A model generated the notes under the pieces. The model was not told the origin of the DNA, ran no database searches, and saw nothing but the letters and a program-made list of their open reading frames with translations. Below are positions 39,496-49,740 of a DNA stretch of 64,000 bases, in pieces. Origin of the DNA: a virus (lineage: Duplodnaviria > Caudoviricetes); IMG/VR virus record IMGVR_UViG_3300037067_011302, positions 120,220 through 184,219 of that record; one strand, 5' to 3'. Positions within the stretch are counted from its first letter, which is position 1, and each line of letters starts with the position of its first letter. The position numbers and the translations under genes were made by a program.

Positions 39496-40305
39496 ATGAC
39501 GACTGGTCTTCTCGGCACTCGCTACAGTTGGTTCAGTAACATTCTTCTCGGTGCACCCGAGGATGAAGGCGTTCCTGTTGAACACCTGCTGACGTCCAGC
39601 ATTGACACGTCGGAAATTGATGCGTACCGTCAGGGCGTTGAACTACGACTGCCAAAACACTACGAGCAAGGCGTCGTCAAGATTCATTCTGGAGAGACAG
39701 ACCACGTCCTCAAACAACAATGGTTCGGAATGGGCGACAAATGGTGGAAGGATGCGTTCTTCACCGACAAGCAAGAATTTCGAACGATCCTATTTGCGTC
39801 ATCGTCAACGTATGAATTCCCAACGACGCTTGCGTTCGATGAAAACTTGGAAGTTGGCACTGCACATGACGGCGTCATTGAACCGTTTGAGATCAGGGAC
39901 GTCGTGGAATCATCGACGAGCAGTTCACTGTTTCACGTTGCCAATGCAGCAGTGATGGCTGGAAATGTTGACATCAACGATGCATCTGACGCCATTGTCA
40001 CCGTTTACGATCCTGCACAACGTGATCACAAGGAATTCTTTGACGTACGTGGCGAACTTGAAAGACAGTCAACGTACGATGACGCAAGGTCAGACGTTGA
40101 ACCTTTCAACGATAGGCGATTGACGAGCAACTTCACGTTGTCATCGAGCGTTGACGTTGGAATGATTGCTGCATTATCGCCGATGACCGGATCGACGATG
40201 AATTATATTGCACCTTGGCAGGTCTCATCAACGTGTGGTTGGTCGTTTGACTACAACTCATCGATTGGGACTGATTCGTTAGCGTTTGGAGGAATGACAT
40301 ACTAA
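39496..40305 (+). CDS. Virion structural protein (hypothetical)
   Basis: In the tail module, preceded by CTACTTA. DGVIEPF, GTDSLAFGG. Confidence 0.65.
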   Translation: MTTGLLGTRYSWFSNILLGAPEDEGVPVEHLLTSSIDTSEIDAYRQGVELRLPKHYEQGVVKIHSGETDHVLKQQWFGMGDKWWKDAFFTDKQEFRTILFASSSTYEFPTTLAFDENLEVGTAHDGVIEPFEIRDVVESSTSSSLFHVANAAVMAGNVDINDASDAIVTVYDPAQRDHKEFFDVRGELERQSTYDDARSDVEPFNDRRLTSNFTLSSSVDVGMIAALSPMTGSTMNYIAPWQVSSTCGWSFDYNSSIGTDSLAFGGMTY

Positions 40306-43300
40306 TGGCGACGCCAAAGAACGGACGGCAACAGCCTCCTCGAGTCTTCAAGAACTACACGCTCGTTCGCGTCAGCGCACCTCACGTTGGATTGACGGAC
40401 ATTCCTGACTCCGCAATGACGCCGTTGAACGTTGCAAACACGAAGGGCGCTCCGTACTATGCGTTGGTCGCCATTGGGTTCGACTTTTCGTTTAACGGAA
40501 TCACGTACAAGTCGTGCGTGCCGCACCAGTTTGGGTGCTTGATGCTCGCGGATCCCGTTGATTCAGCGTCCGCTGATGACGTGATTGCACACCTATTCAC
40601 GGACTCAAACGTCTACGGCGATAGCATACTGACGAGCATTGCCTACGATGATGCACTTCTAGCACCTTGGCTTGAGGAACAATATAGCACCACCGACATT
40701 CCTGATGCATCATTCATTGGCTACAACGACAGGATGAAGTACGGGATGGCGACGGCGTATCAATCGTACAGTCAGGTCAACTGTGGCCTACGAATGTACG
40801 TCGACGAGCACTCGTCAAAGGGTCGTAGGACGATCTTTCGTTGGACGTCAATGCCGGCCGAGTGGGATTCATTCCTTGCACCGAACGTGTACGTGTTTCG
40901 TTTTGAGTGCATTCTGTATGAATCGGGACGCATTGAGTACAGGTACGATTCGAGAAAGAACACCGGTCTCGGTCCAGCGGCGGCAGAAATGTCGAATGCA
41001 AAGGGCGCGATCGGTTCGTGGGCGTCAGGTTCGTACACGTTTCGAGACTTTTCGCTTGGATTGGGCTATGACGACGACAAACGTAGTGAATACACGTACG
41101 GCGGAATGTCGTACTCATCGTACGTCGACGGAGCGATTCCTTGGGCGTACAACCTGACTGCCCGACGACACTGGCCAGCTCCGTATGAGCACGGTGCAAT
41201 GTATGTGTTTGAACCGCCGAAGATGCGACGACGTGTGTTGCCGAGGATCGAACAGAGGATCGTCGATTCGAGGCTCACTTATCCACACACATCGCGCGCG
41301 CTCGTTCCGCAACACCAACGCGTGACGTCACAGGTGTTCGACGATCGTAGAACAGTTCCATTCATCACTCAATCGATCGTTGCATCGATCATCACCGGAT
41401 CGGTCGTCAACTATCCGACGGCAATGAGAAGGTTTCAGGGGGGCACGTCCCACGGCGTTGCCGAAAGGCAGGATCTATTCACAGGTGACCTTGAACTCAC
41501 GGGTGGAATCGTCAAGTCAGCGTGTGATGATTGGATGAACGCTCCCGATCCGATCCAAACGTTGCCATGGTCGGAAGCGCTGATCCACGACGGTGATGAT
41601 CCGTTCTTTAGTGGTTCGTTGATCGAAGAGGTTGGACTTGGATTCTCGTCGCCGCTGCACAGCAAGACGCAGCTACGGATGTCGTTCGGCATCAACACGT
41701 CGACGCAGATGTTGAGTGCGTCGTCATGCATCTACTACTTCAACACGAAGGCGGGAATGTGGGAGATTCCTCAGAACTCAATCAGTTCATCGTACAAACA
41801 ACCGATTGATGCTTCAAATAGTGACATCGGTGATCCTTTATTTGACAGTCCTTATGGTCGCGTATTAGAAGACTACAGAGGATTTGGACCAATTGGTAAC
41901 TTTGTGTGTTCCGGTGGCATTGATCGTGGAACTGATGTTGGTAAGCAGTCTGATACAATCATTGGTTCAAGTATAACGCGTGATTTGTTGGTTAATGCGT
42001 TGACAAGCGAACTAACAAATAGTATCACCGTCAATGAGGATTATAGGGCTACGTCTGATGAGGTCTTCTCAATCCCAATTGAAAAACCATTCCTTCTTGA
42101 AAAGGCGGTGTTCAATTTTCCAATGGCTGCTGGACCTGGGTGGTTTTGGGATTACACGACGACATACATCACAAGTGAAGGAATATGGGAACAATCATTT
42201 GATTTTGGTGGACCTGGTTTAACGATTGCATTGTTCAATCAACGTACGATGGGCGATGGCACAACGATCCGTGATCTCATCATGACAGGCACGATCACGC
42301 ACAAGTACGATGATTGTAGCTTTTTCAACGTCAGGGATACTCAACTCAAACAGATGGGATTTCGAGCATACGGCTCATCACCATCGACGATCATTCATCC
42401 AACGAACATATTGACAGGCCCGGGGGGCGAAGAAGAACCTCAATATTTGTTGACGTCATCATACACTGGTTCAATCAATGTTCAGTGCACTTCTCAGGTC
42501 ACAAACAATATTTTTGTTAGATTGTATAAGCGATGTGAACTTCCTGACGATTTATTTTCGTACTTTAATAAAGAAAAATTGAACGTATACGAAGTTGGTA
42601 CGACTGAACTTCGCGGCCTACACACATCATCATACGTTAGTTCATTCGGTAGGAACAAGTGTGGATTGAACGCCACACTACGTTCACAATTTTGCAAGGA
42701 ATTTGCAACTCCACAGAATTTGAATGAAGGAGGAAATGTTCCAAATCCATTCTATGTGTCAGGCGGAATGGGATTGATTGATCAATGGAACTATTGGTCA
42801 TACATTTCATCATATTTTACTGGTTCATCAACATATCCATCAAGTTCATTAAAATTGACTGGTAATGATTCAATCGCAGTCTCAACGATCATTCAATTAA
42901 ACAATACACAAGAATCTCCATACCTCATCCTACCAGGAGATAAGTTAGTCTTGGCACTTGCTAAGGCACGCCCATTTTGCATGGGCTCAAATTACAGTCC
43001 ACGTCCTAGCGTTTCATCATCATTGTCACACGACATACAACTAATGACAGGAACTCTCAATGTTACGTTGTATGGGAGCATGGTTCGCGAAGGCAAGGAA
43101 TTTCATGAACAACTGACGCAGCCATTCGAGACGAACTCAATTCACGTTGCGATTGGTGATGAACCTGTGCTCGATCAGATTGAACCCGACTACAAGCAAT
43201 TGTTCATCTCAGGATCAAATGACGATCACCACGTACAGTTCGTCTTGACAAGCGAAAAAGAAGGTACAATTGATGGTGGATTTTGGGGTGATTCTGCATT

Positions 43301-44507
43301 GTATGACGCAATAAAAGCAAAGCAGACGATCACTGATTGGGTCAGCGGAAGAAAGTTCAGCAACGTTCGACCGAATGATACGTTGAAAAGTTTGACGTAT
43401 CGTTACAATGACATACGAAGGAATGAGAAAAATTTATATTCAGATTATTATAAATCGTACAATACGTGCAAGACAAATGTTAGGTACGTTCAATGCAACA
43501 ATAACGTTGAACGTTTTTGGGATTCAATGATGCCTTCAGTCGACGAATGTTTCAAAATTGACAACATGTCAATAATGAGGATTGGTAGCACGGGTTCATT
43601 TATAGCGGGTGGACTTGGATCTTTATTATACACGAATGGATTTGCCATCTTTGATTGTGCACACAGCGATTCAAGTGTGACGACAGGAAGCATTAACAAT
43701 AATTGGACAAAGTCATATCCATTTGAACCTCATTATGGAACGGCTGCACGACAAGAAAAAATTGAAAAATCATTTATTTCACATTTGTTCATTCCTTCAG
43801 GATCATTGACGTGTAGTGTCACAACGCCTATACCTATTTCAGCGTTTACGTGTGGACCTGTTGGAAAACCGTGGTTACGTAGTGCAACGTATTCATACTT
43901 TAATTTTTTATATGATTATTGGGGAGGTGGAGGTGAAAGAGTGTTGTATAAAACGATTTCACCAACCGTCAATGATTTAACAAAGGTGCTATATGGATTC
44001 GGCGACTTCAACAACATGATCGTTTCTGGCGGACTGACGTATGGAACAAATCACTTCGCTGATACGATGTTATACACTGATGAGTATTGGTTCATCGATG
44101 AAAATCACCACACGACGTATGGTCTAGGTCCCATCATTCGCGGGTGGAAGTACGGCGTCTATAGCGGCCTGCCGTTCTACTCGAAGGCAGTCTTTCGTCG
44201 TTCAAGCTACGGCCAAATGCGCGACATGCTCGAGCAGCGTCCCTACACGAAGTTCTACGTCATTCCCGATGAAGAAGGTGCAAAGAAGTCGGTGCGCGTC
44301 GGACCCGTCACCGTGCAGTTCGTGACGCAGGACGGCAAGGTGACAAAACCCGAGAACACGTGGTCGCAGAACCTGAGCACCGAGGCAACCTCGTCGTTTC
44401 CGTACTTGGATGGCGTAGCCCGCAACCGCACAGATCCCGTCGGGTCCGTGCTCAACTCTAGCGTCGTCAACTTCACGTTCGACCAGTTTGGCCAGTTGAC
44501 CGTGTGA
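40305..44507 (+). CDS. Large virion structural protein (1400 aa)
   Basis: IGFDFSFNGITY, FECILYESGRIEYRY, IRGWKYG, YGQMRDMLEQR. Low-GC central segment. Confidence 0.7.
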   Translation: MATPKNGRQQPPRVFKNYTLVRVSAPHVGLTDIPDSAMTPLNVANTKGAPYYALVAIGFDFSFNGITYKSCVPHQFGCLMLADPVDSASADDVIAHLFTDSNVYGDSILTSIAYDDALLAPWLEEQYSTTDIPDASFIGYNDRMKYGMATAYQSYSQVNCGLRMYVDEHSSKGRRTIFRWTSMPAEWDSFLAPNVYVFRFECILYESGRIEYRYDSRKNTGLGPAAAEMSNAKGAIGSWASGSYTFRDFSLGLGYDDDKRSEYTYGGMSYSSYVDGAIPWAYNLTARRHWPAPYEHGAMYVFEPPKMRRRVLPRIEQRIVDSRLTYPHTSRALVPQHQRVTSQVFDDRRTVPFITQSIVASIITGSVVNYPTAMRRFQGGTSHGVAERQDLFTGDLELTGGIVKSACDDWMNAPDPIQTLPWSEALIHDGDDPFFSGSLIEEVGLGFSSPLHSKTQLRMSFGINTSTQMLSASSCIYYFNTKAGMWEIPQNSISSSYKQPIDASNSDIGDPLFDSPYGRVLEDYRGFGPIGNFVCSGGIDRGTDVGKQSDTIIGSSITRDLLVNALTSELTNSITVNEDYRATSDEVFSIPIEKPFLLEKAVFNFPMAAGPGWFWDYTTTYITSEGIWEQSFDFGGPGLTIALFNQRTMGDGTTIRDLIMTGTITHKYDDCSFFNVRDTQLKQMGFRAYGSSPSTIIHPTNILTGPGGEEEPQYLLTSSYTGSINVQCTSQVTNNIFVRLYKRCELPDDLFSYFNKEKLNVYEVGTTELRGLHTSSYVSSFGRNKCGLNATLRSQFCKEFATPQNLNEGGNVPNPFYVSGGMGLIDQWNYWSYISSYFTGSSTYPSSSLKLTGNDSIAVSTIIQLNNTQESPYLILPGDKLVLALAKARPFCMGSNYSPRPSVSSSLSHDIQLMTGTLNVTLYGSMVREGKEFHEQLTQPFETNSIHVAIGDEPVLDQIEPDYKQLFISGSNDDHHVQFVLTSEKEGTIDGGFWGDSALYDAIKAKQTITDWVSGRKFSNVRPNDTLKSLTYRYNDIRRNEKNLYSDYYKSYNTCKTNVRYVQCNNNVERFWDSMMPSVDECFKIDNMSIMRIGSTGSFIAGGLGSLLYTNGFAIFDCAHSDSSVTTGSINNNWTKSYPFEPHYGTAARQEKIEKSFISHLFIPSGSLTCSVTTPIPISAFTCGPVGKPWLRSATYSYFNFLYDYWGGGGERVLYKTISPTVNDLTKVLYGFGDFNNMIVSGGLTYGTNHFADTMLYTDEYWFIDENHHTTYGLGPIIRGWKYGVYSGLPFYSKAVFRRSSYGQMRDMLEQRPYTKFYVIPDEEGAKKSVRVGPVTVQFVTQDGKVTKPENTWSQNLSTEATSSFPYLDGVARNRTDPVGSVLNSSVVNFTFDQFGQLTV

Positions 44508-44525
44508 TGCATAGTTAGACGTGAG

Positions 44526-46739
44526 ATGTCCGACATCACGAAGCAATCAGTCGAACGTTCGATGTTTGTGTTCATCCGCGATCCAAACACAGGAATCGTA
44601 CGACGGACGGTGGTGCCGTCTGACCTACAAGTCGGCACGTCGCTCGTTCCTTCTGAGTTGCAGCTCACCGGGCGCCTATCGCTCGCAGCACGTGATGTCA
44701 CCGTGGCGAATGCATCGCAGGCAACTTTTTCAATCTCACCGCACGATTCTCTTGTGTTCATCAACGTCACGAACACGTCGTCACTTCCCGGCGTCAGCGC
44801 GAGCCTACCGTCGAACGTTCGTGACGGTGAGCTACACGTTGTCAAGGACGCATCTCGCACCTCATCGACAGTTCCCATCACGATCTTTCCTGATTCTGGT
44901 GCCCTGATCGACGGAGCAACGACGAAGGTGCTCAATAGCGACGGTGACTCCCTGGTGCTCTGTCGTGAGTCAGGGGCATGGCACTCCATTGCGAAGTACT
45001 CGACGGCATCTGGTGGCGGCGGTGCCCCCGTGGATGCACAGTACGTGGTGGTCAGCCTCAACGGCACGCTGACGAATGAACGTAGGTTGGTCGTCAACGC
45101 TGACGACATCTCATTGAGCGACGCAGGTCCAGGTGCCGACCTCACGTTGGCCCTTGCACCGACTGCAGTGACAGCGGGTTCCTACACGAACACGTCATTG
45201 ACGGTTGATGCCAACGGAAGATTGACTGCGGCATCGAATGGAACAGGTGATAGTGGTGCAGATCGTGAGGCACAGTTCCTATTGATTGCCACCACTGCTT
45301 CACTTCCAAATGAACGAGCGTTGGCCGTCGTTGCCGGTGATTTGACGTCGACCGACGGAGGTGCAGGAAGCAATCTTCAACTTGGCCTCGCCAACACAGC
45401 AGTGTCAGCGGGTTCATACACGAATACCTCACTTACTGTCGATGCCAAGGGTAGGTTGACTGCGGCGTCGAATGGAATTCCGGGTGCAGACAGGGAAGCA
45501 CAGTATCTTCTTATTGCTAACACTGCTTCACTTCCAAATGAGAGAGCATTGTACGCTGATGGAACGAACATCTCGTTGACTGATGATGGAACGAAGCTCG
45601 CCGTTGACTTGGTCGCAACCGCCGTCTCCGCAGGTTCCTACACGAATGCCTCGATCACTGTTGATGCCAAGGGTAGGTTGACGGCTGCCTCTACGGGAAC
45701 TGACAACGGTGCTGACAGAGAAGCACAGTACATCCTCATTGACACAACGGCTTCACTTCCCAATGAACGTTCACTAAAAGCGGGAACAGGCATAACACAA
45801 ACTGACACAGGCGCAGGTAATTCATTTACACTAGCCGTCGATAACAACGTCGTTGCAACGATCTCGGGATCAACATTTTCAGGACCTGTTTCAACGAATG
45901 GACACCTGTACATCAACAACAGCGCATATCTCGGCGACTCGAAATTTTTGTTCTTCGGTAAAGACTGTACAGTATATCAGGATTGTGCATCAGGAGATTC
46001 TACGTACGTCTATCGTACCACAAATTCTAATGAAGTACAGATCTTCGGCGATGATGACACAGTCGCCACCGCCGGCGTCGGAGCGTCTCGTTTCATAGGT
46101 AATTTAAGCGCGAGCCTTGAAACGATACACACTGGACATGAATCGCATGCCTGTGGAGTGCACGTCGGTGGTAAACGTATCGTACTACGTCATGAAGCTA
46201 TTGACACGCTCGTCGTCAGCTCATCATACGTCGTTCCACGCGTGCCAATTAGGTTTCCGACAACCCAAATCGTCGAGGCGATGGGCGATGTTGGAATGAA
46301 TGTCACGACCGGGCGCATGACGATGTACGTGAATGGTGCATCACGAAACGTTGCGTACGTTGGCGAGAGTCCAACGAATGTCACGTATCCACTGCTCGCC
46401 GGCGTTGCAAACTGTTCTGTCACGTCATCGCAACGCGTGGGTTCAAAGTACATTGATTCATCGAGCCTTGCATCGCTCGGAGCGACCGTGAACTTTCGAG
46501 CGATCTGGGAGTCGACGACGGGCATCACGGCCGAAGTGAGCCTCTACAACCGCTCGAGTGCCTCGTACGTTGCCGGTTCAACGATGACGACGACCTCGCT
46601 CGTGCCGTTCTTTTCATCGAGCGTAGTCTCGTTGAACCCAGGAATGTGCATCTATGAGGCGCACCTACGAGCAACGACAGCGATCACGTCCAGCAAGGTC
46701 GTCACGTGTTCGTCGGCTGAGCTCTATTTATCGTGGTGA
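44526..46739 (+). CDS. Tail fibre protein with tandem repeats
   Basis: Three AGSYTNxSxTVDAxGRLTAAS repeats and four AQY/F...ASLPNER repeats. Confidence 0.75.
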   Translation: MSDITKQSVERSMFVFIRDPNTGIVRRTVVPSDLQVGTSLVPSELQLTGRLSLAARDVTVANASQATFSISPHDSLVFINVTNTSSLPGVSASLPSNVRDGELHVVKDASRTSSTVPITIFPDSGALIDGATTKVLNSDGDSLVLCRESGAWHSIAKYSTASGGGGAPVDAQYVVVSLNGTLTNERRLVVNADDISLSDAGPGADLTLALAPTAVTAGSYTNTSLTVDANGRLTAASNGTGDSGADREAQFLLIATTASLPNERALAVVAGDLTSTDGGAGSNLQLGLANTAVSAGSYTNTSLTVDAKGRLTAASNGIPGADREAQYLLIANTASLPNERALYADGTNISLTDDGTKLAVDLVATAVSAGSYTNASITVDAKGRLTAASTGTDNGADREAQYILIDTTASLPNERSLKAGTGITQTDTGAGNSFTLAVDNNVVATISGSTFSGPVSTNGHLYINNSAYLGDSKFLFFGKDCTVYQDCASGDSTYVYRTTNSNEVQIFGDDDTVATAGVGASRFIGNLSASLETIHTGHESHACGVHVGGKRIVLRHEAIDTLVVSSSYVVPRVPIRFPTTQIVEAMGDVGMNVTTGRMTMYVNGASRNVAYVGESPTNVTYPLLAGVANCSVTSSQRVGSKYIDSSSLASLGATVNFRAIWESTTGITAEVSLYNRSSASYVAGSTMTTTSLVPFFSSSVVSLNPGMCIYEAHLRATTAITSSKVVTCSSAELYLSW
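45030..45790 (+). repeat. Intragenic tandem repeat (~75-80 aa unit)
   Basis: GGTTCCTACACGAA..GATGCCAA.GG.AG.TTGAC and ACTGCTTCACTTCCAAATGA recur at the DNA level. Confidence 0.8.
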
Positions 46740-46751
46740 TGGTGAAAAACA

Positions 46752-47705
46752 ATGGCATACGTATTTAACGTCAACAACGCACCTGCAACAGGTGGTCTGG
46801 CTATTTACATACTCATCGCCACGCTCGAGGCGGCAGGTTGGGTTCAGATGGCGGCTGGAGACGGCACGTCACTTTTTAGGTTTGCGCCTTTCATCACTTC
46901 GGGTGCCACTGGTGCGAATGGCATAGGAAACAACAGTGCGTGGACGCGGATCCAATCACCCGATGGCGTCAGGGAATACACGATTCAACGTGGGACAGTA
47001 GGCACTGCGTGGCGGATCAAGTACAGCTTTGCCGGAAAGTTCACTGATGGTGCGATGAGCGCAACGGTAACGCCGTCCGCTGCCGATCAAGTCATCATGA
47101 TGGGTGCAGGTTCTGATGCATCTCCAACGTACGCAACAGCGTACATGCTGACAGATAACACATATCGCTACGAAGTGTGTGCGGACGATGCTAGTCCATA
47201 CACGTTCTGGTCTGCGTCTTTCGCAAATGGAGGCGGCACGCCACGTGCTGTATTGCTTCTCGATAAGCTGACGGGTGAACCCACCGACGGAGACACGTAC
47301 TTAACGTACAGTTACTATTCTAATTCAACAACAGGATTGTTTGCAACATCATTGTTGGCTGAGACGGCATCTGCAAGTCAACAGTGCAGTTACGCCACCA
47401 TTCCTGCTGCGTCTCCAACGACATTGATCCAAATGCCATGTGCGACATACAACAACGGCGGGAACGTTATCGTTCCGTCGAACGTCACCACGAATCCGAT
47501 CACAACGAAGGATGAACTGTTACCGATCGTCTTCATGCGACGTTCTGCGATTGCATCGCCAGGATACAAAGGCATCGCCACGATGATGAAGTGGCCAGGA
47601 ACGTTGAGGACGACAGGCGACACGATGAGCGTCAGTTCAGCGTCCGATCGCATCATCATGGGAGAGGTGTCGCTTCCTTGGAACGGCTCGTCGGTGAAGA
47701 TATGA
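46752..47705 (+). CDS. Tail-associated structural protein
   Basis: LEAAGWVQ N-terminus; beta-rich and T/S/A/G-rich. Confidence 0.65.
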   Translation: MAYVFNVNNAPATGGLAIYILIATLEAAGWVQMAAGDGTSLFRFAPFITSGATGANGIGNNSAWTRIQSPDGVREYTIQRGTVGTAWRIKYSFAGKFTDGAMSATVTPSAADQVIMMGAGSDASPTYATAYMLTDNTYRYEVCADDASPYTFWSASFANGGGTPRAVLLLDKLTGEPTDGDTYLTYSYYSNSTTGLFATSLLAETASASQQCSYATIPAASPTTLIQMPCATYNNGGNVIVPSNVTTNPITTKDELLPIVFMRRSAIASPGYKGIATMMKWPGTLRTTGDTMSVSSASDRIIMGEVSLPWNGSSVKI

Positions 47706-47944
47706 CGACATACAGTGCTCAGGAGATCGTGACGATCACAGAGCAACAGGCACTTGCAGATCCGATCGCTGCCGAACAGATTATGAAGACCGGCGTCCGT
47801 TGGTATCGACTGTGCTCACGCGATTCTGGCACTGGTGTTGACGTTGCGTGGGATTCCGTCAATCCCTATAGCAATCCGCCGACGACACCTGCTGGTTCAT
47901 GGGGAACGGTGAACGTATTGACGTCTTGGGACGAGATCGAATAG
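47702..47944 (+). CDS. Small hypothetical protein
   Basis: ATGA overlap with the upstream gene (MTTYSAQEIV...). Confidence 0.6.
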   Translation: MTTYSAQEIVTITEQQALADPIAAEQIMKTGVRWYRLCSRDSGTGVDVAWDSVNPYSNPPTTPAGSWGTVNVLTSWDEIE

Positions 47945-47952
47945 GTAAAGAC

Positions 47953-48456
47953 ATGAACCAACGCATTCTCTATGAATTCATCGTTCAACAAGTCCATTCC
48001 TTGATGGAGGCCCCTGCCGGCAAACCCACTCCAACACAGGTCAATGCGGCATCACAGGGAAAGCCCACAAAGGACCTGAAGACGCGGCTAGGAAGCATGA
48101 CATCGCTTCGTGACAAGCCAAAGGAAGGCGAAACAAAGCAGGCACCCTCAGAATCCGGTGAAAAGCAGTACGCAAACGTGAGCTACGTCAACGGAACTTA
48201 CAAGTTTCGCGTGACGACAAAGTTTGCTGAAGGTTCATACACGACCGTGGTTGCACTCGACGGCATTGCTGACAACCTTGTCGTCAAGACGTTCAAGGGC
48301 GCAAAGGATGCAGACAAGGCGAAGGTTCAACACGATCAAGCGGTCGCGTGGATCAACGTCGACAATGCCGAGGTCACTCACGCCGCCCCTCAGAAGACAT
48401 CAGGCAGGACAACGCGTTGGTCAGGTCCAACCTACTCGCCTTCGTCAACGCGGTGA
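47953..48456 (+). CDS. Hypothetical protein with leader helix (MNQRILYEFIVQQVHSLME)
   Basis: ATAGGTA-N5-ATG. Distant similarity to 54579..55310. Confidence 0.65.
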   Translation: MNQRILYEFIVQQVHSLMEAPAGKPTPTQVNAASQGKPTKDLKTRLGSMTSLRDKPKEGETKQAPSESGEKQYANVSYVNGTYKFRVTTKFAEGSYTTVVALDGIADNLVVKTFKGAKDADKAKVQHDQAVAWINVDNAEVTHAAPQKTSGRTTRWSGPTYSPSSTR

Positions 48457-48460
48457 TGCG

Positions 48461-48763
48461 TCAGTTGTCGATCGACAGGTCGCTTGCCTCATTCAGGAGG
48501 CGATGTGTGGCGGCACATTCAACATCGTCCCAGTTGCTCTCGATGATCAGTGAACCTCTGACGTCGTTCAGCGGATCGCCGTCGTCGAACGTGTTGGCGT
48601 AGATCTTTGCCGCGATCTTCATGATCTCGTCGGCACACTTGTCGCACGTCCTCACGCCGGTGTGACGGTGCTCGACGGTCGCAAACCTCACCTCACATCG
48701 TTGGCACACGTCGACCTTGGCACGTGCATTGAACGCCAGCCTACGACCGAACTTCAATGTCAC
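48461..48763 (-). CDS. Small zinc-finger protein
   Basis: CQRC...CDKC; coupled minus-strand operon. Confidence 0.55.
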   Translation of the reverse strand: MTLKFGRRLAFNARAKVDVCQRCEVRFATVEHRHTGVRTCDKCADEIMKIAAKIYANTFDDGDPLNDVRGSLIIESNWDDVECAATHRLLNEASDLSIDN

Positions 48764-48951
48764 GGCGTCACCTGGTTTTGTTCTTGCGCGGGATTAAAGC
48801 ACGAACAATCGGATGCATCATTAGTGGGTCGAACGAGCCAAGGAACGTGTTCAAATTCAACGTCGTCAATCCATTGTGGAACATCACACTCACACGCCCG
48901 TGCGTGACGACTGTAGTGCACGCACTTTCCGCACGTCTTCATCATGATCAC
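48760..48951 (-). CDS. Small Cys-rich protein
   Basis: KTCGKCVHY...CEC...CSCF. Confidence 0.55.
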   Translation of the reverse strand: MIMMKTCGKCVHYSRHARACECDVPQWIDDVEFEHVPWLVRPTNDASDCSCFNPAQEQNQVTP

Positions 48952-49172
48952 TGCCTCGGTAGCAATGAGCTCATCGACGCCGCGTTTAAGAGATCGCTCT
49001 TGATCTTGTCGAGGTGTGCAAACAACGCCTCAACGTCCGCCACGGTCATGAACTTTGAGTTTTTCACAATGTCAAGTGCCGTCATGTCGAGGTACTCAAA
49101 GAACGGCGCCGGATTTTTCGGATCAAACGTTGGGCTCGATTTCTGTGGTTGCTGCAGTTTTCCGTGATTCAT
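48948..49172 (-). CDS. Hypothetical protein
   Basis: ATGA/GTGA overlaps on both sides. Confidence 0.55.
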   Translation of the reverse strand: MNHGKLQQPQKSSPTFDPKNPAPFFEYLDMTALDIVKNSKFMTVADVEALFAHLDKIKSDLLNAASMSSLLPRQ

Positions 49173-49660
49173 TGTTGTTCTCGATCTAGTGATACGTCCC
49201 TCGTGAACGCAGTGACGTCTACCTTTTCAGCGGCAATGCATTCTTCTCGTACTTCCTCGAGGATGCGACCCAACCAGTTCTGTCCTGTGCCTCTACAAAT
49301 GCCCCAGAACCTATCATTCCAGAAATTTCCTTCCACGAGCCTCGCCGGATACGTTGCAATCAGTAACGGCCTGAGGAATGGGTTCTCGAATTTCCTCCTG
49401 ACGAACGTTCTCATCAAGTCGACACGTGCACTCTCCCAATCGCGCCTGATGTCGACCGACTGTCCCAATTTCTTTGCGATCGCTGGAGATTTTGCGTTCC
49501 TGATCGTCGCCCGCACGCTTTCATCAAGTGATTTGTACGCTTGATACGCATGTTCAACCGTCGCGTATCGTTTTCCATCGACGTAGATCGTCGATTCGTA
49601 GAAGTTCGACAGGAACGCAAAATCTCCGACGAACCGATCAATCACGGGATCACTGCACAT
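49169..49660 (-). CDS. NADAR family protein (YbiA / T4 gp30.3-like N-glycosidase)
   Basis: FLSNFY, YATVEHAYQAYK, AKKLG, DWE, LVEGNFWNDRFWG, GQNWLGRILEEVR. Confidence 0.92.
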   Translation of the reverse strand: MCSDPVIDRFVGDFAFLSNFYESTIYVDGKRYATVEHAYQAYKSLDESVRATIRNAKSPAIAKKLGQSVDIRRDWESARVDLMRTFVRRKFENPFLRPLLIATYPARLVEGNFWNDRFWGICRGTGQNWLGRILEEVREECIAAEKVDVTAFTRDVSLDREQQ

Positions 49661-49662
49661 CT

Positions 49663-49740
49663 CTATAGTACCAACACGATGATGAGTGCCAACAACGTTC
49701 CGACAACGTGTGCGGCGACGTATTTTTGGACGTCAGTCAC
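49663..49740 (-). CDS. 25-aa hydrophobic peptide
   Basis: GTG start; VTDVQKYVAAHVVGTLLALIIVLVL. Confidence 0.35.
   Translation of the reverse strand: MTDVQKYVAAHVVGTLLALIIVLVL

Noticed and set aside
44255-45145. Long antisense ORF (296 aa) and similar shadow ORFs (e.g. 53229..53858, 30983..31555)
   Set aside because: They lie fully opposite well-supported genes, have no motifs, and are explained by codon bias.
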